NCBI GenBank assembly: GCA_029531755.1
Contig: CM055969.1
Span: forward strand, 23,815,285-23,879,284
Source: Holothuria leucospilota
Taxonomy: Eukaryota
Reading direction: 5' to 3'
DNA: 64,000 nucleotides
Shown: positions 23,401-37,991 of the stretch, piece by piece
Position numbering within the stretch: the first letter of the stretch is position 1
How the letters are laid out: every line of letters starts with the position of its first letter
Program-made: the position numbers and the translations under genes
Notes under the pieces: generated by a model
Told to the model about the DNA's origin: nothing
The model's database searches: none
The model's input: only the letters and a program-made list of their open reading frames with translations

Positions 23401-25130
23401 CAAAAAACTGGAAATTTTGCGCAAACCTTCCTTTATTCTCACCAAGTTCTATGAGACCTGATCTCCTTCCCTAATCCTCAATGCTTGGACGATGCATTGT
23501 GGGATGTCGGCAGGGATAAATCACTTTATCCCTCCTTTCCCCATTTGCCTCCCAACGATGGCATTGCACAGAAGCTGATTAGTGGCTCTAAGTTTGCGGT
23601 ACGGTAAAGTCTAATACTAATTGTTTATAACATACAAAGGCAAGATGAACCTTCAAGTTGTACCGAATGTCTAAACTTTCAAAATAAATGTACTAGTGGC
23701 GTATACAGGCTGACAAAAGTGAGAGGAAAAGAGTAAAAAATGGTGATTGTACCGAATCTGATAATATGTTGCAAATGCACCAACAGCCGATCGGGGCGCG
23801 GGGTGGGGGGGGGGCAATGCAATTTTCTAACACCTTGAAACAAGATAAGTACACAACTCCAGGCAAGTAATGATGACCGGAATGCATTCATCAAAATGGC
23901 CAAGACATGATGGGGGTATGAGATCTTCGGGGACGTAGCCAGCCCAGTCGTTCCGGGTAGGAGGGGGTTAATTTAAGTTGTGGCGCCGCTCCCTCACACC
24001 CTGAGAGCGTAAGGTTCAGGGCAGCCCCCGTAGGTCCTAGCAAAACCCCGGAGGCTCTGGGGTATTTGCAAATTTGTGGGCATTAGTATGAAGCACTGAA
24101 TATATAGCCAGATACAAAGTTCACGATAATCGCTATTACTGAATTAAACGTGGCGTATACAATCTACCGTTAATGTTACTCAAGTAAATGTGCTAATTAC
24201 CATGGGAACAGGTGTCCATTATGTACGCCACTTTTTCAGGTACATATTACGAGTGCAACATTGAAGCAGGAAGAAAACACGTCCGCTGATGGGGGCAAAT
24301 GTACTGACAGAATCAGTGAATTCACAGAAAAAACTAATGGTTTATAAAAATGGACGTGGGGGGGGGGGTGGAGTGCTCCCCCTTTGGTTTTGCTGATGAT
24401 CACCAAATTTATTACGCTATCGTCGGTTTTAAAAGTGTAAGTGGGGGCAGGGGTGTGGTGGGGCGGGGCAGAGCGTGTATGTTTTTCAGGATGAGCGGTG
24501 ACTTACACAATCCTTGTCCTAACACTGACCCTTACCTACATAACATTTTTCATACTTTACGATTTCTTTAAATGTTTTGAAAATTGCCATTATTCATCCT
24601 TAGCAAAAACGCGAGCAGACAGAGGCATATGTCGGCCCTGTCGTATTAGACCTATATATTTCCACAAAATGGACTAAAACTGGTTGATTTAAGGGTACCC
24701 AAAGTTGAGATAAATGGCCCAAAGTTAGCTTCACTTCTAGTAAGGTCATTAAAGCAACATTCTAGCTATAACATTGAAGCACGTACCTAATGAATGTTTT
24801 TATACACTCATAGGCCTACGAGGAGGGTGGCTGCCACCCCTCTCATTCTGCATTTGAAAGGTTTGCTTTCAACTACTTCATGTCATTGGTTGTAACAAGG
24901 TGGTAACTACGGTATGTCGTCAACTATGTTCAAAGTGCACGTGTCCTTATATACTTTAACCAAAGCTCTCATTCGGGATACTTTCAGAACCAAAAGTGAC
25001 GGGCTCAGAACCATCATGTTCTGCTGTGTGACGTAGGGTAATTTATTAGGTTTACTAGCGACACAATGTGGACATTTCATCACGGTATTCTCAAACATGA
25101 TGTTAGCATACTTTAACTTAGAACATTAAC

Positions 25131-25337
25131 AAGCCGGTAGCCAAAGGGGGGGGGGGGGACAGGGGACCAGAGGGCGGCGTCCTAACTTAATTGAAGAGTT
25201 TTCTCCCCTAGAAAATCGAAAAATTGTATTGCCTTATTGCATTTCAGTACATCTCGCTGCTAAAACTTTTTCGCCCCATCTAGAAAGTAAATCGGTCCCT
25301 TCAGTGCCTTGCCTGGCTACGGGCCTGCAAAACATAT
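25131..25337 (-). mobile_element. G-run MITE copy 3, in reverse orientation.
   Basis: Ends ...ccttgcctggctacgggcctgc. The interior ttttcgccccatc is the reverse complement of the ggggcgaaaa motif. Confidence 0.55.
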
Positions 25338-27617
25338 CTTATTGCAGGATACTCTTCAATGAAATGCTATAAAAAAGGAAATAATCTTTAAAACTGAACA
25401 TTTTTCATGAATTTGTGCGAATTGTGGCTATTTTTTAAGTTTCTAATACTCTTCACATGATATCGGCATGGCATTTGTACATCCAGAGACCGGTAAGTTT
25501 TGATATAATGTTTGTTTTGATTACTGGATAAGGTTGATTTAATTCAGCAAATGATATTCTTACAACGTATTTGCATGCACCTATTATGAAACAAGGAAAG
25601 GGAATATGGATGACGACATGGATAGGTCCGACTCCTTGTTAAGAAGCAAAAACAAATGCTGGGTTACAATGGGTAAAGAATCACATGGATGGATACCATC
25701 GAGTTGACAGGTTAGTGATGAAATGCTGCATGCACAACGTATTGCAGTGCCGTCCAAAGTGATGATGACAATGGACGATGACGTAACTGCATGTATTTTA
25801 TAATTATGCATAAACCTTACATCAAGCGAACTTGAACCAGGAGCCAGTCCAAACCGCTTTTCTCGCCAGAATACCCTGGTATTCACAAGTTACTGTATGA
25901 CCATAAGACATGTGCAATGAGCTCATGAACCCAAGTCAATGTGCACAAATCTAGGAAATTTCATAAGCACAAGTAAAGAAAATGCTCACTGAAAATTTAA
26001 AGCACTTTGGAATCGAAAATTAAGGGGGTATGACCAAGATCTTTACACGAAAATCGTAATTCACCTGGTCATATAGTTTTGAAGCAAATCAGGCGTTACA
26101 TCTCCGGGACCATGGAGTAAAATACCTTTGGCGCCCGCTTAATATCATAAAGCTCGTTCGTTTACTCAAATAATATGTTTTTAAATAGTAAACCAAACGT
26201 GAGTCTATATTGAACTTATTTGATTTCCTATGTGGTAAAAGGACGTCGAATGCAATATAGGCCTACAAGACACCACTCTTTACACAACATGAGAATATAC
26301 AGTGACGAATGCAATTGTTAATAAACTCATTTAAACTCTAGAATTTTATAGACGGTGAATTGTAATTGTTTACAGCTAATAATGGCATGCAATGCCCTTA
26401 AATAAGAGTTTCTGTAGGCCGTTTTGTCTTGAGAACGCTTTTATTTATTCATCGAGGGGGTAATGCGTCTCTGCATTGTATTACTTTCAAACAATAGAGC
26501 CAACACAATTGACGAGTTACAGCTTTTCCGTATCCACACAACGAAGGTTAATGGCAAGTCAGACATAATTGCAAACTTTCAAATCAAAACAGAGATTAGC
26601 AAACGCAGCAGGTGTGATTGTGTATCTCTTTCCAACGTAAATATTCTGTGTTAGACTCCTGCAGCCAATAAAGTGTGGCGTCCGCTGAAAGTGGATTTCT
26701 TCCCACTACAAATGGGGAAAATTTTTACATATTTCCACAGAAATCATGAACGGTGGAAAGTGCTGCTCATGTTAGGGTCAACGTTGCAGTTAGAAATGGC
26801 CCACATTCGTCCTGAGAAAAAAATCACTCCCGGCAAAGCTGAAATATGGCAGGTTTCTCGAAGCAGAACATATGTACCAACAAGGCTTTGCTATGCTTTG
26901 TTTAAGATGGCCATGACGTCTCTCCTCATATCAGTAAGATACCCATCATTTCACTTTCTTACAAGAATTTCCTAAAGCGACCGTCATAATACATTAAGGT
27001 GGACCTAAAGTCTAGAATTACGAGAATATATATTTTAGAGATTGGAAAATGAATTCCATTCATCCAAATCCCATCTTCATAGCTTATTCATTTGCTGAGA
27101 TATAAAATGTTGAAATTTATTCACTTAATTTGAAAAAGTCGATTGCGCAATAATTTGTGATGCCCTTCTTGTACAACTCACATTACCTACTTTTGTTTCC
27201 TAATGAAATTAAAATGTTTATATGACCTTGAAACATTAACCGTTCCTTTGCTTAGCATTTTGTAGGGAAAGGCCTTTTATAGTCAAGTCACCCTATAACT
27301 GTGAGACAGTGATCACATTTTGGCACAAGCTGCAGTGGCTTTCGAAAAAAACAAAGAAAAACAAAGGCTGTAATTTGAGTAGTACAAGAATGACATCACA
27401 AATTATTGCGCAATCTACCATTTCAAACTGAGTGAATAAGCTTCAACATTTTATATCTCAGCTCAGGAATGTCCTCTGAAGATGGGAGTTGGACCATCTG
27501 GATGCATTTTTCAAGCTTTGTAACATATATTTTTGAAATTTTAGACTTTAGGTACACTTTAAATGGATGACCTGAACCGTTTAAAGAATGTTCTTACCAA
27601 ATTGCCGCCTATAGAGG

Positions 27618-28385
27618 GATTTCAGTCACGTGACTTTAACCAACTAGACGCAATTTTGAAGGGCAAGATCGCGCATCTTTTTTGTTTTGAAGGGCAAGAT
27701 CGCACGTCTCTTTGGTTTTGACGGGCACGCGTCCATTGTGTCACAGTAGTATCTATGGTTATGCCGTGCGCGTGAGCTGTAAATACGCTTACTGAGTGTG
27801 TGTTTTGCCCTTCAGTGCCTGGGAATACATTGCGCGTGACGTCACATGAAATCCCTCTATAGACCTTATGCATTGACGTCACACTGATGTAATTTTGGAG
27901 GAAAACAATGAAGCACACGTGCACGATCGGCGTATTTCGCACGCACGTGTAATAGACTTACGCGCGTGTACGATTGGTTGACAAATCAGCTGTCTGCATT
28001 TGTTGGTGTAACTTGCAGTGATGCCCCATTTCCCTCCAAACGAGGGAGCAGTTTCTGCGTGTGACATCATATGTATAGGGCAAACACACACACACGCAGT
28101 AAGCTTATTTTATATAGCACACGCGCACGGCATAACCATAGATACTACTGTGACACAATGGACGAGGCGTCTCTTTGGTTTTGAAGGGCAAGATCGCGCG
28201 TCAATGGCACGCCAGATAAATCCTAAGCTTAGGATTTCTCTGGGGCACGCGTCCATTGTGTCACAGTAGTATCTATGGTTATGCCGTGTGCTTGTGCTGT
28301 AAATGAGCTTACTGCGCGTGTGGTTTGCCCTTCAGTGCTTGGGACCCCCACTCGCGTGACGTCACATGAAATCCCTCCATGGATT
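27618..28385. mobile_element. Second MITE-Y/X cluster. It contains Y(+) at 27618-27861, intact X at 27862-28080, Y(-) partial at 28085-28200 and Y(+) partial at 28255-28385.
   Basis: Direct sequence similarity to 304-1004. ORF-track ORFs 27622..27942, 28018..28269 and 28229..28420 are repeat translations that share the GFPGTEGQNTHAVS...TIDTTVTQWT pseudo-peptide. Confidence 0.6.
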
Positions 28386-29322
28386 GTTTCCAAATTGCAC
28401 TCCGGCCTTGTTAGTTGCATCTAGACATGATAAGCTCGGGAGGTCCCAGGCTTTGGAGAAAAAGAGTTTCCCATTTGTCAGGCAGGGCAATGTCGTCAAA
28501 TTAGAGCACCAAGGGTATACCTTTTGAGGAGTCCGAAGGCTACCCCGGGCAAGTTTTGAAAAGAATAAATTAAACGGGATTTCCGAGGTTCTCGGAGGGG
28601 TCTTACAACCAGAACCATGAAAATGCCGATTATTTGCAGCAGTTATGTAAAACAATACAGTAACCACTTCCAAGCGATACTTCATGTCTGCAAAAAAATA
28701 GCTAGGCTTGGTAGAAAAGGTGGGGGGTTACTTCTTAGTTGGAGACCATCCTGTTGGTAAGGCCCAAATTCTTGTTTTTGAGAGAATGTAGTTGTGCATC
28801 ACCTGGTAGGGGTGTGCTTTCATTGTTGTCTTACGTCTTACATGTCAAAAAGGGACTTACTGTGTAGAGGGGTGGGACAAAATCAGCTGAAGGGGGCTTA
28901 AAGAAGGTGACTGGGTTCAGCCCAATCTCCTAGTAGGTAGGTTGGAAAAGGCCCGTCAGGCTCAAACCTATATCAGAGTTTGCTCTTCGAGCGATCAAAA
29001 TACCGTACAAAACTGGTTATAAATGCTTCACATGTTTGATAGGGTCACTGTTTTCCTCCTCTGTAATATAGGGCAGATAACACTTACAGCTCGTGACATG
29101 ATAACACCCTTCTCAGAGAAGCAGAAGTTTATTGAAGAAGCTCTATATTTTTCTGCACACTTTTATGACTCCACAAAGGAGCTCACTGATTTAGAACTAG
29201 GGCAGCTTTCCATGCCAAAACCTAGTAGTTTTTCGGGGGGTGGGGGTGGGTGGATATCCAAACATAAGAAATTTTGTCGGGGTATCTTGAAGTCAAGACA
29301 CCTTGCCCAGTGTTAGTCTATA

Positions 29323-29520
29323 GTAACAGAGGCAGGCCCTTAGCCAGACAAAGTACTGAAGGGGCGAGGTAGCTTCCAAGGAGGGGGGGGATGAAAAAAC
29401 TTTTAGGGGGCGGGCAAGATAAACTAAACTGCATGGAGGCAATGGAAAGGTTCTGATTTCTAGGGGCGAAAAATTTTCCAGGGGAGCCCCACTCCCCCCC
29501 CCCCTTGGCCACTTGCTTCA
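29323..29520 (+). mobile_element. G-run MITE copy 4.
   Basis: caggcccttagccagacaaagtactgaaggggcgagg...ggggcgaaaaattttccagggg... Confidence 0.55.
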
Positions 29521-32500
29521 ACAGAGGTTGAATGGCCCAATTAAATATATAAGACATTTGTAAGATTACGGAATTTGTAAGATGTCGTCCATAATACCAT
29601 AATAATCTCCTATTTTATGTTCTTTTCATGGAGCCCATGCTTCCCTTTTTTTCTTTTTTTTTGTGGGGGGGGGGTGAAGAGGGTAATTTCTCCCTTGTGT
29701 CCTATACTGTAGCAAGCGGCCTTTTGGGTACCGTTCATACATACACAGCTCGGAAAGCGTTTCATTCCACATTTTTAATTCCTATACACAAGTCCTTTCC
29801 ACCTATGTTATGTTAATTATGCTGGTACCTCATTACAGTTGTTACATGCATATATTTTATTTTAGCAGTACGACTTATCATAAAATCACAAAGTGGTAAG
29901 CGACGCTTGCTGTGCACAGTGAATCCCAGAATATGTAGCGACGTATGATTGACAAAAAACGAAATTGTACTAGACTAGTCAAAATGATTGTACATTTTTT
30001 TTTTGACACAAATCAATAAAGAGAAGGCAGTGCATTGTACCAATATCGCAGTTTGTCCAAAGTGATGAATCTGGCAACAAATTAGCGTAAACCTACAGTA
30101 TTAACTAATTGAACACAAATTAACTGTACACCCTATCCAGAAGCCCTTTTCCTCCATTAATTACGCAAATGTCATTTGAAGAGCGAGGATCCCTCCAGTA
30201 TCCATATCGATCCAATAATGACTAAAATTGGTATTTAACATATTGAATACATGGTGGCATTCAATGTGACGATAAGTATTGATTATTATAACAGTTACCT
30301 TGCTCGGTTTTTCTTAAGACTATGCAAATTTCAACTGTCTCAATGCGGTGGACATTCGATGCAGCTCTATATCCTTCTCAAAGAAAAGTAATAGCGACGA
30401 ACCGGGTAAATGACAGATGCATTCCCTGGGGTGACACCAGGTGGGGGAAGGGGACATTCACCTGTCGGGGAAGGCTCCCCCCCCCCGCGAAAGTTTCAAT
30501 TTGGTAGGGAAGCCTGATGGCTACGATAAAGCATGTGTTATTTCCCATGGTGGCAAGTCTCACCACACTTTCTTTTATACAAATCTCAAATTTTCACTTT
30601 TCAATAAAAAAAAGCAAAATTTTCAAAGTTCCTCTAATAAATTCCCAAATTTTACTCTCGCCATCCTTCCGGGTCGCTTTTACTGGGGCTTCGGTTTGCT
30701 GATTCATTGTCTGGGAGCTTGCCCCCGCTCACACAAATCCTGGCACTACCCCTGTGCAGCCGATATTCAAGTCTGAAAGATGTGATCTGTGGTGCAGAAT
30801 ACTCTGCCAGTGATATGCACTGAAACTGAGGCACTCCCTGTTTTGCCGGGCCTCCGAAGGATTTGAAATTGGAAGACACATAATCATATTTGGGACTGGA
30901 AAAATAAAACATATGTTGATTAATTGACCGATGAGGAAGGTCCTTTCATATGGTGGACCTATTTCGAGGGTTACATTTGTTTGTTCCAACGTCCCTGTGT
31001 TCCAACACGTAACCTCGATACTCTCAGATAGCCTTACTCTTATCTTAACACTGACTTCACATGGTCGGAATATAGAGACGTTGGAACAGAGAGCAGTCCC
31101 CATTTTGAAGGTTGTACTGTAAAGACTCGAGAATAGAACTCCAAAACGCCATTAATGCCAAGGTCATGTTAAAGTAGCCCCATAATAGTGATCAACCAAA
31201 CACATCAAGAAATAAGTATTTATGAAAAGATTTATTCACTACCAACTATGCAAAGTCGTATATGATCAAAGGCGCCATGCAAAGTTAAGTCGAGTCAAAT
31301 TAAATCAACAAAGTGTTATCAGTAAACACCAAACCAACCAGCAAAATCAAAGGAATAACTAGCTTAAAGGCAGTAGGCAGTCTCCCCAAAATTTGCTTTG
31401 AAAAATCAGCAAATTCCTGCAAATCTCCTCTTATTGCATTACAAGCACCTCTGAAGACATTTTGAACATAACTATTACAAACAATAGGTAAAGCAAGGAG
31501 AAATTCTCCTTGAATTTTACATTTCACTAACAAAAACATTGTCACATGATCAAAACAGGCCATTCATGAAGTAGAGTGACAGGGCACACTAACTCTGATT
31601 AGGCTGACTGCCTATTGCCTTTAAGAGCAAGTCAGTGAAGTTAGTTAGATGAGGTTTAACGTCCCAGTTTCCAACCAATTGGTTCAAGTCGAAACGACCA
31701 CGGCCTTTTTTCCAGTTGTGGCTCACTGGCTTGTTGCGCTACTCCATTGCTTATGCTGAGCACCAAGCACAAAGTCAGTAGGTTCCATTTTTAAAGTCTT
31801 TGCAAATCAGTGAAAGCATAAAAGTACCGAAAAATGACAATGAATATTTTCTTCTTAAAAATCAAAGTGTTATTACCTCGAATTTCTACAGGTGGACACA
31901 CATTTTAACATAACCTTTTATTTGTACTTTCAGAGAAACTGGACTGATCCCGTTAACACTTTAATTACCGAGTCACTTCCTGATACTGATAGGCGTCCTA
32001 CACCAGGTAAGAAATTTATCATTTTATGTCATTAGTCTCTCAAATAAAAGAAAGATTTTCAGCAAAGAATGGCAAATGGGATTTGAAAGACTCGGAATAC
32101 AAGGATATTATCCTACATTTGTTTGAAAATTGCCTTTAAAGGCAATTATCTCGCCCAAGGTAAGAAATTTTCAAGGTGGAATTTGTCAGGGATACAGCGG
32201 TCTACTGGGAATATCCAGGGAAGTTGTCGGGCAGTCCGGGAACCAATGGGTTGCCAGTCACTTTTTGTTGGAAAACACTTACAGGCCCCCGAAGGTAAAC
32301 CAATCATCTCAGCAATATGGCAAAATGAGGGTGATCTTAATCTAGCACGTAACTGTTCGACTATCTGTAACGTTTTAAGTTCTTGCTGTAGAGGGTTCCA
32401 GAGGGTTCTTTCTCCTTTCTTTTTGAGGGAATTTTGTTATCATCAGGTTTGTTTAAGGCCTGTTTTTCGTTTTCTTCAAATACTTTGACATTTATGGTAC

Positions 32501-34667
32501 ACATCTGCAATAAACTTTTGCTAAGCCCTCAAACGAAATTGATCGTCATTTTAAGAAATTTCATTTCGGGTTAATACGAGAAATATTATTAAAAACTGTG
32601 TTCTTCTCTATCGCAGACGCAGCTTCACCAAATGACGTAGCAGTTATCATAACGACCATGAAAGAGAAGATATTGCAAATCGAAGATGACCGTAAGTTAC
32701 AGAAATGAGATGGGGCTGAGCTCCGTCGGTCACTCGCCAGTTGGCAATGTTACCAGTTGGGAGTCTTTCATCAATACAACTTCCTAAGAATAGATGAAAA
32801 TGATTTGCGATGTTGTTTTTCTTAAAAATTTTCCTACGGGCGAAACATCTCCCAGGGTGCGTCGCCCCTTGGTCGCCTGTCGGTCTTTCCTTGTCTGTGT
32901 GACCTTCAGAGTGAGGGCGTTTTCCTACTTACAAAATCGGAAGGTTCGTTTTATTACGAAATTGCAAAAAGAAACCTATATTTGCATGTACTTCTTTCTT
33001 TATGTGGTTGTAAAAAGAGGTACCCAAATTCAATTACTATTTTTTGAGTTTGAACTCAGTGAAATGGGTACTTTTCTTGATAAGCCAGCCCGGATATTTC
33101 TCACCTGGTCAGTGAAAACTCGAAGCTGCCAACAATGAGCGACGACAATGACGTCAAGTAGTCAAAAACATTAATCATATGAGACATACCATATGAGACA
33201 TAATTTTATCTAAGGGTTCAGTCACAAAGAAGGTGCATTCTAACTTACAAAAGTGAAATAATAATTTATTAGAGTGAAGAAATTTAGTGCATTTTCAAAT
33301 CTGTGCGTATTCACAAATTCATTCCTGCGGACACTTTCTCCTTTGTGCGATTAAAGACGTGTTTAAATTGTTTTAGTTGTAGTACAATAAAAAGGTACTA
33401 CTTTTCTTGGAAAAGTTTGCTGGACATTTATCACCTGATGAAAAGTTGAAGCTGCTCACAATTAGGAGCTACACTCTATAGATAACTTAGTCAAACAAAC
33501 ATTTAATTAGCCGGTCATATGATACATAATTTTGACTAATCTTAGGAATACAACCACGAAGAAGTTGGATCCTGACTATTGAAGTAGAATTTTATTATGG
33601 TAGTTATGTGCATTTTCATATCTGTACTTTTCAACAAATTTTATTCATGCATCATGGGTAAAATAAGTTCTATGTTTTAGATGTAATACATTGAAATAGG
33701 TACTTTCTTTGAAAAGGCTTATATTTCTCACCTTATGGAAAGATTTAAACTGCTCTCAGGGACTACACCTCAATGATAAATTAGTCAATCAAATATTAAT
33801 TAGTCATAGGAAACATACGTTTGACTGACATTACGAGAGTACAATCACAAAGATCTTTGATCCTGCCAGCCTATCCTCACATAATGTTTAAATAGCAAAA
33901 TTAATTAAAATAGCACAATTCAGTATCTTTTCGTGCACTGAAACCAGTTCTGAAACATCCCATAACTTTCTCTTATTTTGATTCACAGAAAAGGAAATAA
34001 TACAGTATCTCAAACAGATCGAGACCCTTTTGAAGTTGAAATCAGAACGCAACAGAAGCGCGGGTAATGGCAAGCCGATAGTGCCTTATATAAAACATTT
34101 ACTGAACACACCACGCACTTCCACAAATTTGCAACATTCCACGTCAGAAACGCCGTTGGCAGAGTATGGACAACAATCTTGGAAGCCTTCAACTTCCGAA
34201 AGAAAGGATAAGCGATTATTGGTAAAGCCATAGAACAGACTCGATGAATGACACCGAGGAACTAACAAATGAGTTGTTTGGTGCTCATTTGGGCTGGTAG
34301 TAATTTTGTAGAGCGCCATCTGTTTTTCGCCTGGAATGGAATCACTAACCTTCACTTTTGATGTCTTAAAGTACAGAAAGGAAGAAGAAATGGCTCTGGG
34401 TACTCGGGGTACTTTCAAAATGATTGTGTAGTATTAAATACTAGTACTAGAAATTTTAATAAGAATTGAAGGCTGTTTAGAATCACCAATTTCATAATTG
34501 CTTAAGATGAGGCACTTGTGCTTGACGCTTGGAGGTCAGGAAATAGACCTTTAATGTATAGATTTGAATTTTCTTCCAAAACGAAGTGTTCTGTTGGAGA
34601 GTGTGTGACGCGAGAAGTGTAAATTACAAGATAGAACTTGACACCTGTTTCCATTTTCTGGTTCATT

Positions 34668-34925
34668 ACACTCTAAAACCAAAAGAGTGAAATTCACTAC
34701 AAAAAGAGTGTGCTGAGGAACCACTCCTAGTAAGAGTGAATTTCACCCTGAGTGAAGTAAAATTCACTCCAAATAGAGCGATATTTCATTCCATGTGTGT
34801 AAAGTATATTGCTCTATTTGGAGTGAATTTTCGCTCCACTCCGGGCGCGAAATACACTCTTACTAGGAGTGGTCCCTCAGTACACTCTTTTTGGAGTGAA
34901 TTTCACTCCTCTGTTTTTAGAGTGT
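34668..34925. mobile_element. ~255-bp foldback MITE with ends CACTCTAAAACCAAAAGAGTGAAATTCACT...AGTGAATTTCACTCCTCTGTTTTTAGAGTG.
   Basis: Nested inverted repeats (cactcctagtaagagtg / cactcttactaggagtgg) read directly. Confidence 0.5.
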
Positions 34926-37534
34926 ACCACATAGATTGTATATAAATCGAGGTATGATGGTGTTAAGAAAATATTGGTATAGTGATGTTTTTTTTTTTAA
35001 ATTTGCATCATCTAGAGCACTAAATGTCGTTTTTGTACACCTGTTCTTCCTTTTGAAATCACGGAATTCAAGTATTATCTTTCCATGCGGTACCGTGTGG
35101 AGTATTTGTATTTTCTCTGTACATTCCATGCCCGCTACTGTGGCGCTGTGCGCCATCGGTGGTTTAATGCAATATTATTAAAAATATTGGGTGTAAGTGC
35201 ATTATAGAAGTGTTTTGATAATAAAATACAGTAAGTTTGAAGATTCTGATATTTCAGGTAATCTCAGGTTCCTCAAGATGACATTTATTTGCAAGATTGT
35301 TATAAAATGTTGGGCAAGGCAGCAAACGAAATGTCACTCTGGCAAAGTTGCAGATCTGGAAATGTATAAAAATATAACAAAACTTTTACATATCAAAAAT
35401 GATTAAAAGATACTATTTCTTATCTACTTTTTCAATTTCTTTATACTTTAAAGTGAAGATGTAGATATATGTCATAACCAAATGTGAATGGTTAATGTGG
35501 CATGTTACCTTACAGTGTACTGCCAGGGAAATGTTGACTTCAGTCGAAGAACTGAATCAATGAAATCTGTTTCGTCAAACGCAGTGAAATCCCACATTAC
35601 CGTAAGTCACACTGAACTTAAAATTACTCATAATGCTTAGCCAGTCTCCAGAAATATATAACCATAAAGCCTGGGCAAACCCTCATGTTCTTTAAGCCAG
35701 ACACTCATGCTTTAAGCACATTTTGGTAAGGTTCAACCAAAATTCAGTCATTTGGTGACTGCTCTGTAACCGATATCAAAGCTGGAAAATTCAAAAGATG
35801 CAGAGTATCTCTTATTTCCCAGCATAAAGAGGAAGTATTCTGATCATACATTAAGGTCTTGTAAGCTCACCACAATATGATCTTACGCAACAATCAAGGT
35901 TTATGTCTGCACAAGGAGAAGCTTAAAGCGCAGGTCATACCTGAGCGATTTCAGATAGGATTAGAGTCCGATTTTTGTGAGTTTTAGTTAGAATCTTCTC
36001 CATCTCTGGTCGGAAAGAGCCAACAATTTGCCAACCTGTGCATGTAAATATATGATTTGCATCAGAGGACTACGAAAATGAAATGTAAACTAATTATTTC
36101 GTGACGACACATCGGCAGACGGCGTTTATCGGAATAATGGTAGCAGAACAGTTTATCGTGAGACAAACTAGGATCAGTTATCGATGTAGCGTGAACAAAG
36201 TGTGAACAAAAAATATTGGTCTGTTTTGAAAAATTCGGATCAGATTTCAAACTGAAAATCTCTGTAGTGTGACCCGCCCTTAAGACAGTTTTGGGAGGGA
36301 CTAGAAGTATTCGGGAGAAATGGAAATAAAGCTGCTAAGATGAGGATATTTGCCCTTCAATTTTTCTTGGGTTTTTTCTCAGCAGTGTTTTGTAGAGAGA
36401 ATTTCAAATATTTAGTTTTTTCATGAAATATTTACAAGTATTTTCAGGAAACTTGAAGCTGTAATTTTAAATCGGTACCAACTATGAAGTCAAAATGCAA
36501 TAATATAGGAAATATCAAGTTGAAAGTATACTATTATATACATATATTGTTCTTTTTCATGTTTATCGAACTATCCCCCATCATGAAAGGATAAAGAGTA
36601 AATAATAGGCTGCAAGATGATCCTAACTCTTGCACGTGGTACTCGTATATTAATTTTGTGTTTTCGTTTTTCATGTTTGCGGTACCGTTTCACGGTTTCC
36701 CATTTTCTCCAGACCCTTTTAATTTAATAGAGGGCGGTGTTCTATATTCCAATTGGTCAACGACTTTACGTTTGCCTGTCTGTGGAAGGTAATTTATTCA
36801 CTGGCGGCGTGTTACGGTACTTGCTTTGTTTGAAAGGACCGTGCACTTCAGTCTCGCTTGATAGGCCTATTTTTATTCTTTGGCTTACATCCAGTATGTC
36901 GAGAAAGGTGATAAAAATACATGGTACGTTTCTTTGCAGAAAAAAATTGAGTTGGATGGGGAACAGTTTTTACTTTAGATTCAGGTTGGAAAATCTAAGA
37001 GAATCGGCCGAAAAGCACTGAAATGGATAGTGTAGAGACATTGATTATCTAACCAAGTACAAAGTTCCACAAACGCCATCCTCTCCATCTCTAACAGAAA
37101 CCCTTATACCACTCAGGCTGTGTGAGTGCTGCGTATCCCACACGAAGCCATGGGTGATGCTAGTATTTGCTGGACGGTGGGCTAGCTTCCTCGACGGGGC
37201 CTGAAATTTTCCACAAAATAGCCCAGAATATGCATGGTTGCTACAAAATTTTGCCAATTAAGACCTAATACTTGAATGACGTTATTTGTTCGCTTTCGCA
37301 TTTTCTTCGAAATAGAAAACCGCTTACCCTGCCGTTTCCGTAATCCTCGAAACGAAAAATCATTTTCAACGAATCAACCTCGATGTGACCATTACATGAG
37401 ATGACAGTTACAAATGGGGTACTTACAATCCCCAGGGCCGTCGCTAGAAGGGATGTGGAGGGTGTGACAATCGATCCTCTCCCCCTCCTATTCACGGACC
37501 CAGTCGGCAAAAATCTGCACTAGTCGGCAAAATT

Positions 37535-37690
37535 AATGGAAGGGGAAGAGGAAAATGAGGAAAGGAGAGATAAAAAGTCGAGAGAAAAAGGAAGAGGAAA
37601 GAGAGAGAAAAAAAGAAAGAAAAAAGAGGAGAGAGGGAAAAAGGAAACAAGAAGGAAAGACAAAAGAAAAAAGAGCCACAGCGGGAGCGC
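37535..37690. repeat. Purine-rich (GA/GAA-type) low-complexity tract.
   Basis: Direct reading. ORFs 37492..37798 on both strands are K/E/R-rich or S/F/L-rich artefacts. Confidence 0.8.
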
Positions 37691-37991
37691 GTGTGTGCAA
37701 TGGGAGGGGGGAAGGGCAGAGAGGAAAAGTTGGAATGTAGGCCTATACATGTAGGCTGTAGACAATTCATGTTGTAAGATTTCAGAAGACCAGTTCACAG
37801 GAGGGCACGCGCAAATACCAACTGAGGAACTGAGGGCGTCGCAGAGCGCAAAGTGCGAGTATTAAGCGTGGCGGAGTGGGGTCTAGACACACAAAGCCCC
37901 CTGGTTAGGTTCAGAGTTGAATCTCCGATGGGGACTGAGGAGACAATTAAGCCTCTGGAAGCTCATGGGTTTTACTTTCCAAGATAAAGTT

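Noticed and set aside
37492-37798. ORFs encoding K/E/R-rich or S/F/L-rich proteins
   Set aside because: These are translations of a GA-rich purine tract on both strands.
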